A stretch of 64,000 nucleotides of DNA from an uncultured Clostridia bacterium (GCA_947591785.1 CANQDK010000004.1:12137-76136), one strand, 5' to 3'; numbered from the stretch's first letter, positions 8,403 to 18,133 are shown. Numbers and translations are program-made. Notes: generated by a model from the letters alone, not told the origin.

Positions 8403-8709
8403 GTATTTTTGTTCGATTAGTCTTTTGATAAATTTTTTCGTAGATATTTTGTTTTATAATAATTTAAAATTCCTATCAAATAAAAATATTTGAGTTTTTA
8501 AATGTCGAATTTTCATTTCAAAGTTTTACTTAAATTTTATTTCAAAGTCTATTTCAAATTTTTATGTTCCCTTTCTCTCTATGTTTCCTATGGAATTTTT
8601 TATAAATACCATTTATATGATTAATCTTTGTATTTGCTTTTTATCTATATTTGGTTTTTATTAAAAATTAATATTTAATTAAAAATAATAAGAAAAAGAC
8701 AAAAAATGC

Positions 8710-8738
8710 TTGACAAGAGAAAACAATATGTGTATAAT
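8710..8738 (+). promoter_or_regulatory. Consensus sigma-A promoter
   Basis: TTGACA at 8710-8715, an exact 17-nt spacer, TATAAT at 8733-8738. Confidence 0.7.
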
Positions 8739-8744
8739 ACACTT

Positions 8745-8926
8745 TGTGTTTCGTTGTCGGAAACAGTGCTTAGGTTAAGTAAGCATAAACAAACAACAGG
8801 TGGCGGAAATCCGTTTCACCGATTGGAAAATTCATTTCCAAGAACCATTATGGTTTTGTGTTGTTCGTGTTTCAAATTGTTTAAGCATTTTTTATGGCAC
8901 GAAATCGTTTCGTGCCATTTTTTTTA
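8745..8926 (+). ncRNA. Unclassified structured RNA (independent sRNA or terminator-containing leader of the str operon)
   Basis: Bounded by the consensus promoter and an 11-bp-stem terminator. Internal hairpins lie at 8747-8765, 8799-8820, 8823-8841 and 8843-8855. There is no SD or credible ORF. Confidence 0.45.
8894..8926 (+). terminator. Rho-independent terminator
   Basis: ATGGCACGAAA-tcg-TTTCGTGCCAT followed by a T-run. Confidence 0.8.
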
Positions 8927-9019
8927 GATAGCTTTTGCTCTCAAACAAAAAATTGACAAATCTTTGTTCAAGATTTAAAAATGGAACAAATCGCCATTTG
9001 GCTTAAAAGGAGAAAAAGA

Positions 9020-9400
9020 ATGCCTACATTTAACCAACTCGTTAGAAACGGACGTAAAACTTTTGAGAAGAAGAAAAAATCTCCTCTTCTTGAAGAATGC
9101 CCTCAAAAGCGTGGTGTATGTTTGTCTGTGAGAACTGCAACTCCTAAAAAACCTAACTCTGCTCTTCGTAAAATCGCCAGAGTTAAGCTTTCAAACAAAC
9201 AAGAAGGAACTTGCTATATCCCAGGCATTGGACACAACCTTCAGGAACACAGTGTTGTGCTTGTTCGTGGCGGACGTGTGAAGGATCTTCCTGGTGTTAG
9301 ATATCATATCATCAGAGGAACTCTTGACACTGCTGGTGTTGCAAACAGAAAGCAAAGCCGTTCCAAATATGGTGCAAAAAGACCAAAAGCTGGAAAATAA
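9020..9400 (+). CDS. rpsL: 30S ribosomal protein S12
   Basis: [13 protein letters not shown]...[16 protein letters not shown] precedes ATG 9020, so the track start at 8981 is rejected. Confidence 0.97.
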   Translation: MPTFNQLVRNGRKTFEKKKKSPLLEECPQKRGVCLSVRTATPKKPNSALRKIARVKLSNKQEGTCYIPGIGHNLQEHSVVLVRGGRVKDLPGVRYHIIRGTLDTAGVANRKQSRSKYGAKRPKAGK

Positions 9401-9559
9401 TCTCTTTAAGAGGTTTTTAGCAGATTTTCACTTATGTATTAACTAAAAACATAAACTAAAAAATGTTCAAATGTTTATAAGTGAATGAAAATTTTAAAAT
9501 AGCACTGAAAATATTATTTTTACGTGCAAATCAATATTAACAAAAGGAGTTTATAACCA

Positions 9560-10033
9560 ATGCCAAGAAGAAATAGTGCTGTCAAAAGAGATGTTTTGCC
9601 AGATCCAATTTACAACAACAAAGTGGTTACAAAGCTTATCAATCAAGTGATGATGAGTGGTAAAAAAGGCCTTGCTCAAAGAATTGTTTATGGTGCTTTT
9701 GACATTATTAAAGAAAAGACAAGTTTAGAACCTCTTGATGTTTGCCTCACAGCAATCGAAAATGTTAAACCTATGCTTGAAACTAAAGGCCGTCGTGTTG
9801 GTGGTGCAACTTATCAAGTGCCAATGGAAATTCGTCCAGAACGCCGTCAAACTCTTGCTATTCGTTGGATTGTTGTCAATGCAAGAAAGAGAACTGGCGA
9901 ACGTAATATGGATGAAAAACTTGCTGGCGAACTTATTGATGCTTACAACAATACAGGTGCTTCAATTAAAAAACGTGACGAAATGCACAGAATGGCTGAA
10001 GCAAACAAAGCATTTGCTCACTACAAATGGTAA
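9560..10033 (+). CDS. rpsG: 30S ribosomal protein S7
   Basis: [19 protein letters not shown]... with AAGGAG upstream. Confidence 0.97.
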   Translation: MPRRNSAVKRDVLPDPIYNNKVVTKLINQVMMSGKKGLAQRIVYGAFDIIKEKTSLEPLDVCLTAIENVKPMLETKGRRVGGATYQVPMEIRPERRQTLAIRWIVVNARKRTGERNMDEKLAGELIDAYNNTGASIKKRDEMHRMAEANKAFAHYKW

Positions 10034-10234
10034 GATTTGCTGTTTGTTTGCATTCATATCTATTTGAAAAATTCGCTCGCTTCAAGATTTTTTATAAAAT
10101 TTTCAATTTAAAAATTTTTGAAGAAACGATTTGATAATGAAAATTTTACTAATAAAAATTATACTAATTTGATTAAAGGTTTTTGTCTATTCCTTTAAAA
10201 ATAGGCAAAATTTAATTAAAAGGATAGATTAATT

Positions 10235-12307
10235 ATGGCTACAAATCTAGAACTTACCAGAAATGTCGGGATTATGGCTCATATTGATGCTGGAAAAACA
10301 ACAACAACTGAACGTATTTTGTTTTATACAGGAAAAAACCATAAGATTGGCGAGGTTCATGATGGCGAAGCAACAATGGACTGGATGGCTCAGGAACAAG
10401 AACGTGGAATCACAATCACTTCTGCTTGCACAACTTGCCATTGGAAAGGCCACAAAATCAACATTATTGACACTCCAGGACACGTTGACTTCACTGTTGA
10501 AGTTGAACGTTCTTTGAAAGTGCTTGATGGTGCGGTTTTGGTGCTTTCTGCTCGTGATAAGGTTCAACCACAAACAGAAACTGTTTGGCGTCAATCAACA
10601 AAATACAAAGTTCCAACAATTATCTATGTCAACAAGATGGACCGTGATGCTGCTGACTTTTTTGGTTGCGTTGATTCAATCCGTGAAAGATTGAAAACAA
10701 ATCCGCTTGCAATTCAAATGCCTATCGGTGAGGCAGAAACATTCAGCGGAATTATTGACCTCATGACAATGAAAGCAGAAATTTATAAAGACGATATTGG
10801 AACTCAAATTGAAATTACTGATATTCCTGAACAATACAAAGCAAAAGCACAAGCTCTTCATGACGAAATGGTTGAAAAAATCGTTGAAACAGATGATGCT
10901 ATGCTTGAGAAGTTCTTTGAAGGCGAAGAAATTTCTATTGACGAATTAAAGAAAACTCTTCGTAAAGCAACAATCTCTCGTGAGATAGTCCCTGTTCTTT
11001 GTGGTTCTTCTTATAAAAACAAGGGTGTTCAAATGCTTCTTGATGCTATGGTTGAATTTTTGCCAAGTCCTCTTGACATTGACCATATTGAAGGAATTAA
11101 CCCAGAAACAGAACAAACTGAAACACGTGCTCCAAGTGAAGATGCACCTTTCGCAGGACTTGCGTTCAAAATTATGACAGACCCATTTGTTGGAAGACTT
11201 GCATTCTTCCGTGTATATTCTGGAAAATTGACTGCAGGCTCTTATGTTTACAACTCAAACAAGGGTGAAAAAGAGCGTGTTGGGCGTCTTATTCGTATGC
11301 ATGCAAATCAAAGAGAAGAAATTAAAGAAGTTGGTGCAGGGGATATTGCCGCAATCGTTGGACTTAAAGACACAATCACAGGTGAAACTCTTTGTGATGA
11401 GAAATATCCTATCGTGCTTGAAAGTATGGATTTCCCAGAACCTGTTATTCGTGTTGCAATTGAACCAAAAACAAAACTTATGCAAGAAAAAATGGTGCTT
11501 GCATTGATTAAACTTGCAGAAGAAGACCCAACTTTCAAAACCTACACAGACCAAGAAACTGGGCAAACAATTATTGCTGGAATGGGCGAACTTCACCTTG
11601 AAATTATTGTTGACAGACTTCTTCGTGAATTTAAAGTTGAAGCAAATGTTGGACAACCACAAGTTGCTTACAAAGAAACAATCCGCAAATCAACTCGTGC
11701 CGAAGGTAAATTTATTCGTCAAAGTGGTGGTAAAGGACAATACGGACATTGTATTATTGAAATGGAACCACTTGCTCCAGGATCTGGATATCAATTTGAA
11801 GATAAGACTGTTGGTGGTTCTATTCCTAAGGAATACATTCAACCAATCAACAACGGAATTCAAGAAGCAAGCAAAACTGGTGTTGTTGCTGGTTACGAAA
11901 CAGTTGACTTTAAAGTTACTGTCGTTGATGGTTCTTTCCACGAAGTTGACTCTTCTGAAATGGCATTTAAGATTGCTGGCTCAATGGCATTCAAAGATGG
12001 TGCTGCAAAAGCAAATCCTGTTCTTCTTGAACCTATTATGAAAGTTCAAGTTGAAGTCCCAGATGACTATCTTGGAACTGTAATGGGCAATCTTACATCT
12101 CGTCGTGGAATTTTGACAGGAAACGAAACTCGTCCAGGCGTTCAAGTTGTCAATGCAGAAGTTCCACTTGGAGAAATGTTTGGATATGCAACCGACCTTC
12201 GTTCTCAAACACAGGGGCGTGGCACTTTCACAATGGAATTCTTGAAATATAATGAAGTTCCAAGAAATATTGCTGAAAATATTGTTGGTGCAAGAAAGAA
12301 AGCTTAA
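10235..12307 (+). CDS. fusA: Elongation factor G
   Basis: [28 protein letters not shown], and full-length EF-G colinearity. Confidence 0.98.
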   Translation: MATNLELTRNVGIMAHIDAGKTTTTERILFYTGKNHKIGEVHDGEATMDWMAQEQERGITITSACTTCHWKGHKINIIDTPGHVDFTVEVERSLKVLDGAVLVLSARDKVQPQTETVWRQSTKYKVPTIIYVNKMDRDAADFFGCVDSIRERLKTNPLAIQMPIGEAETFSGIIDLMTMKAEIYKDDIGTQIEITDIPEQYKAKAQALHDEMVEKIVETDDAMLEKFFEGEEISIDELKKTLRKATISREIVPVLCGSSYKNKGVQMLLDAMVEFLPSPLDIDHIEGINPETEQTETRAPSEDAPFAGLAFKIMTDPFVGRLAFFRVYSGKLTAGSYVYNSNKGEKERVGRLIRMHANQREEIKEVGAGDIAAIVGLKDTITGETLCDEKYPIVLESMDFPEPVIRVAIEPKTKLMQEKMVLALIKLAEEDPTFKTYTDQETGQTIIAGMGELHLEIIVDRLLREFKVEANVGQPQVAYKETIRKSTRAEGKFIRQSGGKGQYGHCIIEMEPLAPGSGYQFEDKTVGGSIPKEYIQPINNGIQEASKTGVVAGYETVDFKVTVVDGSFHEVDSSEMAFKIAGSMAFKDGAAKANPVLLEPIMKVQVEVPDDYLGTVMGNLTSRRGILTGNETRPGVQVVNAEVPLGEMFGYATDLRSQTQGRGTFTMEFLKYNEVPRNIAENIVGARKKA

Positions 12308-12478
12308 AAGACTGTAAAATTTAGCATTTTATTTCATAAAATTTTTGTTAATTGAAATTAAAAATATAATTTTTATAAATTTTGCAATTATTTTTTGAAA
12401 ATGTGTAAAATTATTTTGTTTTTTCAAAAAACTATGATAAAATATGAAAAGTAATTATTATTAAAGGAGATTTTTAAA

Positions 12479-13681
12479 ATGGCTACAGGAAAATATGATA
12501 ACACAAAACAGCATGTTAACGTTGGAACTATCGGCCACGTTGACCATGGTAAAACAACCCTTACAGCAGCAATCACAATGACACAAGCTGCAAAGGGATA
12601 TGCTCAACAAATGAGATATGATGAAATCGATAAAGCACCAGAAGAAAAGGCTCGTGGAATCACAATCAACACTGCTCACGTTGAATATCAAACAGATAAA
12701 CGTCACTATGCACACGTTGACTGCCCAGGACACGCTGACTATGTTAAAAACATGATTACAGGTGCGGCTCAAATGGATGGTGCAATCCTTGTTGTTGCTG
12801 CAACTGATGGCCCAATGCCTCAAACAAGAGAACATATCTTGCTTGCAAGACAAGTTGGTGTTCCATATATCGTTGTTTTCATGAATAAAACTGACCAAGT
12901 TGATGACCCAGAACTTCTTGACCTTGTTGAAATGGAAATTCGTGACCTTTTGACAGAATATGGATTCCCTGGAGATAAAACTCCAATCATTAAGGGTTCT
13001 GCTTTAAAAGCTTTGGAAGCTGCTCAAGCTGGAAAGGTTGATGATCCTGCTTGTGCTTGCATTAACGAACTTATGGATGCTCTTGACTCATACATCCCAG
13101 ACCCAGTTCGTGACACAGATAAACCATTCCTTATGCCTGTTGAAGATGTTTTCACAATCACAGGACGTGGAACTGTTGCAACAGGAAGAATTGAAAGAGG
13201 AAAAGTTAAGATTAACGATACTGTTGAAATCGTTGGTATGGGTTCTAAGAAACAAAGCGTTGTAACAGGCGTTGAAATGTTTAGAAAAACTGTTGACGAA
13301 GGTATCGCAGGATACAATGTCGGCATTCTTCTTCGTGGTATTCAAAGAAATGAAATCGAAAGAGGACAAGTTCTTTGCAAACCAGGTTCAATTCACCCAC
13401 ACACAAAATTTGCAGCTGAAGTTTACGTTTTGAAGAAAGAAGAAGGCGGACGTCATACACCATTCTTCAATGGATATCGTCCACAATTCTATTTCCGTAC
13501 AACTGACGTTACAGGAACAATTGAACTTCCACAAGGCGTTGAAATGGTTATGCCAGGCGACAATGTTAAGATGACAATCGAACTTTCAAAAGAAATCGCT
13601 ATTGAACAAGGACTTCGTTTTGCTATCCGTGAAGGTGGCAGAACAGTTGGTTCTGGTGTTGTTTCTCAAATCATTGAATAA
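12479..13681 (+). CDS. tuf: Elongation factor Tu
   Basis: [32 protein letters not shown] upstream. The last 13 codons are repeated at 14974-15012. Confidence 0.98.
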   Translation: MATGKYDNTKQHVNVGTIGHVDHGKTTLTAAITMTQAAKGYAQQMRYDEIDKAPEEKARGITINTAHVEYQTDKRHYAHVDCPGHADYVKNMITGAAQMDGAILVVAATDGPMPQTREHILLARQVGVPYIVVFMNKTDQVDDPELLDLVEMEIRDLLTEYGFPGDKTPIIKGSALKALEAAQAGKVDDPACACINELMDALDSYIPDPVRDTDKPFLMPVEDVFTITGRGTVATGRIERGKVKINDTVEIVGMGSKKQSVVTGVEMFRKTVDEGIAGYNVGILLRGIQRNEIERGQVLCKPGSIHPHTKFAAEVYVLKKEEGGRHTPFFNGYRPQFYFRTTDVTGTIELPQGVEMVMPGDNVKMTIELSKEIAIEQGLRFAIREGGRTVGSGVVSQIIE

Positions 13682-13712
13682 TAAAAAACGGCTATAATGC
13701 CCTAAAATAAAG

Positions 13713-13738
13713 GTGATCACAGATGTGGTCACTTTTTT
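13713..13738 (+). terminator. Rho-independent terminator directly after tuf (inside the islet)
   Basis: GTGATCAC-agat-GTGGTCAC (8 bp with one G-U pair) followed by T6. Confidence 0.7.
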
Positions 13739-13750
13739 GTTGTGGTCAAC

Positions 13751-13792
13751 TTTTTGGCCATTTTGGGCAATTTTGACCGCATTTTGACCACA
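13751..13792. repeat. Four tandem 10-11-bp repeats TTTTGRCCRCA
   Basis: The units are ttttggcca, ttttgggcaa, ttttgaccgca, ttttgaccaca. Inverted copies TGTGGTCA lie at 13724-13732 and 13741-13749. Confidence 0.7.
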
Positions 13793-13912
13793 CGAAATTT
13801 TTGTTGTAGTCAAAAATTGCCTTATTTTTGGGTAAAATAGGGGATTTTTGCCTATGATTTAGCAGTTTTCCATGGGTTTGATCACGCTTAACTAGAAAAA
13901 TTGAAATATACT

Positions 13913-13940
13913 TTGATATTACAAGGATTTGTGATATAAT
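13913..13940 (+). promoter_or_regulatory. Promoter placing the TSS on or next to the ATG of the cargo gene (possible leaderless mRNA)
   Basis: TTGATA at 13913-13918, a 16-nt spacer, TGaTATAAT with -10 at 13935-13940. ATG 13947 is 7 nt downstream and has no SD. Confidence 0.5.
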
Positions 13941-13946
13941 ATTCAC

Positions 13947-14786
13947 ATGGAAAAAATGAATACCAATATAGCAATGTTTATTCGTTGTGAAGATCGTCCA
14001 ACTAATGAAATAATATCAAATGAAGAAAGTTTGAAGTTGGCTGTTCAAGCTGGATTTAAAAAAATATTTATGTCTTTTAAGGCGAATCATCTGTTTGAAG
14101 GACAATATAGAAAATTTTATGATCTGGCTAAATCTTATGGTTTAGAAGTAGTATTTGTACATTTAGGATATCAAGTTAATGAAGGAATTGCAACCATTTG
14201 GGAAGAAGGACTCGCTGGAGATCAACTTGTTGCGGATTACAAAAGGGATTTGGAAATTGTTGCAAAAGATGGAATTAAAATGGTGTGTATGCACGTAACA
14301 AAAAGTAGTAAACAATCGCCTATGTCTAAAATCGGCCTTAAACGTTGGGAAGAGATAGTAAAGCACGCAGAGAAATTAGGAGTAATAGTGGCTCTTGAAA
14401 ACACTGTATGGCCTGGTTATATAGAATTTATTTTAGACAACATTCAAAGTCCAAATTTGCAAGTTTGTTTTGATAGCGGACACAATCATGTGTATTTTAA
14501 AGATGGTTTTGATTTTAAAAGGTTTAAAAATAAAATAGCATGTATTCATTTACATGATAACGACCAATCAAAAGATTTACATTTACTTCCTTTTGACGGC
14601 ACAATTGATTGGAAGTTCTTAGCTGAAAATTTGCGAGAGGCAAATTACAAAGGGGTAATAGCTTGTGAGTCTGGATACAAACGAGGCTATGTGAATGAAC
14701 TCACTCCACTAGAATTCTTTACAGAGGCGTATAGACGATTAGAAAAAATTGATGATATGGTTAATTTGCCCACACAAGCAAAATGA
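13947..14786 (+). CDS. Sugar phosphate isomerase/epimerase (xylose isomerase-like TIM barrel / AP endonuclease 2 fold)
   Basis: 279-aa ORF with family-typical strands: VFVHL, CMHV, VALEN, CFDSGHNH, IHLHDN. An alternative start exists at 13956. Confidence 0.75.
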   Translation: MEKMNTNIAMFIRCEDRPTNEIISNEESLKLAVQAGFKKIFMSFKANHLFEGQYRKFYDLAKSYGLEVVFVHLGYQVNEGIATIWEEGLAGDQLVADYKRDLEIVAKDGIKMVCMHVTKSSKQSPMSKIGLKRWEEIVKHAEKLGVIVALENTVWPGYIEFILDNIQSPNLQVCFDSGHNHVYFKDGFDFKRFKNKIACIHLHDNDQSKDLHLLPFDGTIDWKFLAENLREANYKGVIACESGYKRGYVNELTPLEFFTEAYRRLEKIDDMVNLPTQAK

Positions 14787-14813
14787 CGACCCCATTTTGG
14801 TCAAATGATTGAA

Positions 14814-14835
14814 TTTTGACCACATTTTGACCACA
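14814..14835. repeat. Two exact tandem TTTTGACCACA units
   Basis: 14814-14824 and 14825-14835 are identical to 13782-13792. An inverted GGTCAAA copy lies at 14799-14805. Confidence 0.8.
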
Positions 14836-14973
14836 TTACGTAAAATACGTTAGATATTTGTAGGAGACTCTAAGTATCAAAAAAATATTTTTACACCGAG
14901 AACGGCTTTATTTTAAAGAGGGCTAGACGTCTGTAGGTTATTCCTAGCGACGCCTAGATATTAATATCCCTAA

Positions 14974-15012
14974 ACTGTTGGCTCTGGTGTTGTTTCTCAG
15001 ATTATCGAATAA
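14974..15012 (+). pseudogene. Orphan copy of the last 12 codons plus stop of tuf
   Basis: ACT GTT GGC TCT GGT GTT GTT TCT CAG ATT ATC GAA TAA encodes [12 protein letters not shown], identical to the Tuf C-terminus. It differs from 13643-13681 at 5 positions, all synonymous. Confidence 0.85.
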
Positions 15013-15020
15013 TAAAAAAA

Positions 15021-15046
15021 AGATTGCAAGTTTGCAATCTTTTTTT
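15021..15046. terminator. Strong bidirectional rho-independent terminator (probable ancestral tuf terminator)
   Basis: AGATTGCA-agtt-TGCAATCT with an A-run before it and T6 after it. Confidence 0.8.
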
Positions 15047-15170
15047 ATTGCCTAAGGCAATTTTACTGACGCAAAGTTTTTTTTGATGACATTGTCGAAC
15101 ATGTGCAAATGCTACACACTTGTTTCTGTTCTTCTTGTCATCGAATTAAAAATGGTTTTTTTTTGAAAAA

Positions 15171-15192
15171 AAGATGCGATTTGCATCTTTTT
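15171..15192. terminator. Bidirectional rho-independent terminator
   Basis: AAGATGC-gattt-GCATCTT flanked by an A-run and a T-run. Confidence 0.6.
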
Positions 15193-15250
15193 ATTTCCCT
15201 TTGCCGTCTGCATTTCCTTTTTCTTTATTGCTTGAATCAACCTCGTATAA

Positions 15251-15346
15251 TCATTGTGTTATATACTTAATGCAGGCACTAATATATTTGTCATATGTTT
15301 TTTTCAGTAACTTTTTTGTTTCTTTGTATTTTTTTTCATAATCCAT
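15251..15346 (-). CDS. Possible 31-aa small protein (MDYEKKYKETKKLLKKTYDKYISACIKYITQ)
   Basis: AAAGAGG lies 8 nt before the ATG, and the terminator at 15171-15192 is downstream. There is no homology support. Confidence 0.2.
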   Translation of the reverse strand: MDYEKKYKETKKLLKKTYDKYISACIKYITQ

Positions 15347-15413
15347 TAAAACAACCTCTTTACTGTGCATATCTTATCACACAAAAGCAGGATAGTCAAT
15401 AAATTTTTTTAAT

Positions 15414-16829
15414 TTATTCCATTTCTTTCAAAAAGGCTTTGTAGAAAAGGTAGGCATGATAGATGTCAAGTTTAGAGGCAACTTCAAATGGTGCATGCAT
15501 TGAAAGGAGCGGAACTCCAGCATCAATGACATTCATTCCATATTCAGCCAAAATGTATGCGATTGTTCCGCCACCACCTTGGTCAACTTTACCCATTTCT
15601 GTGAATTGATAGAAAAGATTATTGTCATCTAAAATCTTACGCAGGCGTGCAATATATTCTGGAGATGCATCATTGCTATCGTATTTACCGCGACTTCCTG
15701 TGTATTTATTAAAAGAAAGTCCACAAGCAAGAAAGGCGTCTGTTTGAATGTTATAAGATGATGCCCATGAAGGGTCGTAGCCTGCTGTAACATCACTTGA
15801 AATCATATTTGAATTTGAAAGAGCTCTCTTTAATTTCAGTTCATTGTAAGTTCCAGTTAAATTAATCACTTCTGCAACACAATTTTCAAAAAATTTACTT
15901 TTCATACCTGTTGCACCATACGAACCAATTTCTTCTTTATCAACTAAAAGGCAAACAGCTGTACGCTTTGGCTTTTCACATTCCAAAATTGCTTGAAGAG
16001 AAGTGTAGGCACATGAGCGGTCGTCGTGGCCATAACCAACAATCATCGAACGGTCAAGCCCAAGGTCACGTGCTTTCCCTGCAGGAACAATTTCAATTTC
16101 AGCACTTATGAAGTCATCTTCTTCAATATTGTAGGACTTTAATATTGATTTTAAATTTTCAATTGTTTTTTCACTTTCATTTTCTGCCTTAAAACTCATG
16201 TTTGCCACAACAACATCAAGTTGTTCTCCGCTAATCTCTTGCAGTCCTTTGTCTTTTCTAAGGTGTGGGAGCAAGTCGGTGATGTAAAAAACAGGTTCAT
16301 CATCTTTTTCACCAATATTGATTTTGATAGTTTCACCATTCTTTTTTACAACAACACCATGCATTGCAAGTGGAAGTGTCACCCATTGATAGTTTTTGAT
16401 GCCACCATAATAGTGAGTGTCAAATAAGCAAAAACCATTTTTTTCATATAGTGGATTTGATTTGAGGTCAAGGCGTGGGCTGTCAATATGTGCACCAAGA
16501 ATATTTAATCCATTTTCAATTTCATCTTTTCCAATAACAAAAAGTGCAACGGTTTTGTTTTGATTAACTGCATAGACTTTGTCGCCAGGCTTTAATTTTG
16601 TTTTTGAATTTTTAAGCTCAAATAAGTTTTTAAATCCTTTTTTTTCTGCTTCAGAAACGATAAAGTTTGAACATTCACGTTCAGTTTTGTTGTTCGATAA
16701 AAAATCTTTATATTTTTCAGAAAAATTAAAAATTTTCTTCTTTTGATTATCGTCACATAAACACCATTTATTTTTTACTTTTGTAAGTTTTTCAATTTTG
16801 TTTTCAATTTTATTGTTTTTTGTTGCCAT
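15414..16829 (-). CDS. M18 family aminopeptidase
   Basis: GAHIDSPRLDLKSNP, GYGHDDRSCAY, and 471 aa of family colinearity. GGAGAA serves as the RBS. Confidence 0.9.
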   Translation of the reverse strand: MATKNNKIENKIEKLTKVKNKWCLCDDNQKKKIFNFSEKYKDFLSNNKTERECSNFIVSEAEKKGFKNLFELKNSKTKLKPGDKVYAVNQNKTVALFVIGKDEIENGLNILGAHIDSPRLDLKSNPLYEKNGFCLFDTHYYGGIKNYQWVTLPLAMHGVVVKKNGETIKINIGEKDDEPVFYITDLLPHLRKDKGLQEISGEQLDVVVANMSFKAENESEKTIENLKSILKSYNIEEDDFISAEIEIVPAGKARDLGLDRSMIVGYGHDDRSCAYTSLQAILECEKPKRTAVCLLVDKEEIGSYGATGMKSKFFENCVAEVINLTGTYNELKLKRALSNSNMISSDVTAGYDPSWASSYNIQTDAFLACGLSFNKYTGSRGKYDSNDASPEYIARLRKILDDNNLFYQFTEMGKVDQGGGGTIAYILAEYGMNVIDAGVPLLSMHAPFEVASKLDIYHAYLFYKAFLKEME

Positions 16830-17178
16830 TTTTTAATTCTCCTTTTTTCTTTGATTTTTAATTTTTTATCATTTTTTCATGTTTTTTTATCAAAAATTAT
16901 TGATTTTTATGCTAAAAAACTATTTTTTTATATTTGTTAGTTTTCATGTTATTTTATAAATTTTGATAAAAATTATTTTTTTGGACTGTGATTGTCATTT
17001 TTTTAATTAGAAAAAATTTTGTTTTAATTGTGGGAGTGAATATATTTGAAAATTTTTCTTTATTTCTATTTTAAACAATTCATTTTTTGCTGTCAAATTT
17101 ATTTCATTTATTTTGAAAATATTTTTTTTTATGATAATATTATAAAAACAATTGCTAATTTTTTATTGAGGTGATGTT

Positions 17179-17544
17179 ATGGGTTTTATGGATTATATTT
17201 ATAGAGTTTTTGGTTTTGAAAGTGATGATGTTAAAGTTACTAAAAAGAAAAACACAACTCCAAAGGCATCATATAATTTGAAAGTTTCACAAAAACTTCC
17301 AGACGAAATTGATGGAATTAAAGTCTTTTATCCAGAAACATTTGAAGAAGTAAAGGAAAAAGTTGAACTCTTGAAAAAGGGAATTCCATTTTTTATAGAT
17401 TTTCGTTCTTGTGGAAATTATGAAAAAAATAAAATTTTGGATTATTTTCATGGTGTTTTAGATGTGCTTGGTGCAAGTGAAGAACAAGTGGACAAAAATC
17501 TTATGATATTTTTGCCAAAAAATATGGAAATTGAACGAGATTAA
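17179..17544 (+). CDS. sepF: Cell division protein SepF
   Basis: Short protein with a C-terminal SepF/DUF552-like core (VFYPETFEEVKEKVELLKKGIPFFIDF...LDYFHGVLDVLG). Its context next to lspA-rluD matches Bacillus. Confidence 0.8.
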   Translation: MGFMDYIYRVFGFESDDVKVTKKKNTTPKASYNLKVSQKLPDEIDGIKVFYPETFEEVKEKVELLKKGIPFFIDFRSCGNYEKNKILDYFHGVLDVLGASEEQVDKNLMIFLPKNMEIERD

Positions 17545-17617
17545 CAAAATATATTGAAATTTTTCAACTTATTTTATGATTTTGTCAATATTTATGTTTG
17601 TTGAGAGGTAATTTGGA

Positions 17618-18133
17618 TTGAAAAAGCAGTTTTGGATTAAATTTTCTGTTATGATGGCAATTATTGTTGCAATTTTGGTTGTTGACTTAGTTACTAAATA
17701 TGTCTTTGATGCAACACTTGAATTTGGGAAATCAAAAACTATTATTCCGTATCTTTTTAATTTTAAACTTATTCACAATGTTGGAGCTGCATGGGGAATT
17801 TTAGCGGGGAAACAAGTTTTTTTGATTGTTATTTCATTTGTTTTTTTAGCAATTTTCATCTTCTATTATATTAAAGAAAAAAACAAAACGTGGCTTATGA
17901 ACATATCTTTTGGATTTCTCATTGGTGGCTGTGTTGGAAATTTGTTTGACAGGCTCTTTATTGGATATGTTCGCGATTTCATTCAATTTGCTTTTTGGCA
18001 ATCCTTTCCTGTATTTAATTTTGCAGATATTTTCTTATGCGTTGGAGTTGTTCTTTTTGCAATTTATTTGATTTTGTATTTTATAAAAAATAAAAAATCA
18101 TCAAAAAATGACGAAAAAATTGAAAAAAAATAA
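17618..18133 (+). CDS. lspA: Lipoprotein signal peptidase II
   Basis: NVGAAWG, FVRDFI, FNFADIFLCVG. Four TM segments. Confidence 0.9.
   Translation: MKKQFWIKFSVMMAIIVAILVVDLVTKYVFDATLEFGKSKTIIPYLFNFKLIHNVGAAWGILAGKQVFLIVISFVFLAIFIFYYIKEKNKTWLMNISFGFLIGGCVGNLFDRLFIGYVRDFIQFAFWQSFPVFNFADIFLCVGVVLFAIYLILYFIKNKKSSKNDEKIEKK

Larger units (their letters stand above)
13682..14973 (+). mobile_element. Candidate integrase-less inserted islet behind tuf (cargo: TIM-barrel gene)
   Basis: Bracketed by the tuf 3' end (13643-13688) and its diverged copy (14974-15020). It has subterminal 11-bp repeat arrays, and the strongest tuf terminator (15021-15046) sits after the second copy. Confidence 0.5.

Noticed and set aside
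8706-8927. 73-aa ORF upstream of rpsL
   Set aside because: Its ATG lies inside the promoter, upstream of the -35 and -10 elements, and it has no SD. The ORF also runs through the terminator hairpin. The region is better explained as a structured RNA.
1055-13463. Numerous antisense or alternative-frame ORFs inside ligA, fusA, tuf and similar genes (for example 1055-1726, 10247-10594, 11514-12041, 12461-12898, 13024-13326)
   Set aside because: These are shadow ORFs within strongly supported conserved genes. They have low-complexity or Cys/Phe-rich translations and no SD.
13771-14835. Reading the GGTCAAA tandem copies as CtsR operators
   Set aside because: The CtsR consensus is a heptad direct repeat with a 3-nt spacer (10-bp period). 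Here the period is 11 bp (GGTCAAAATGYGGTCAAA). The sites flank a sugar-isomerase-type gene rather than clp or chaperone genes.
13724-14835. Tn7-like or DDE transposon interpretation of the TGTGG...CCACA ends
   Set aside because: I found no matching target-site duplication next to any candidate end pair and no transposase. The flanking 39-45-nt gene-tail repeat fits recombinase-type or homologous integration better.
13699-14923. Terminal inverted repeat GCCCTAAAATAAAG / CTTTATTTTAAAGAGGGC near the islet ends
   Set aside because: It needs a 3-nt indel and consists mostly of A/T. It could be chance, so I do not use it as a boundary.
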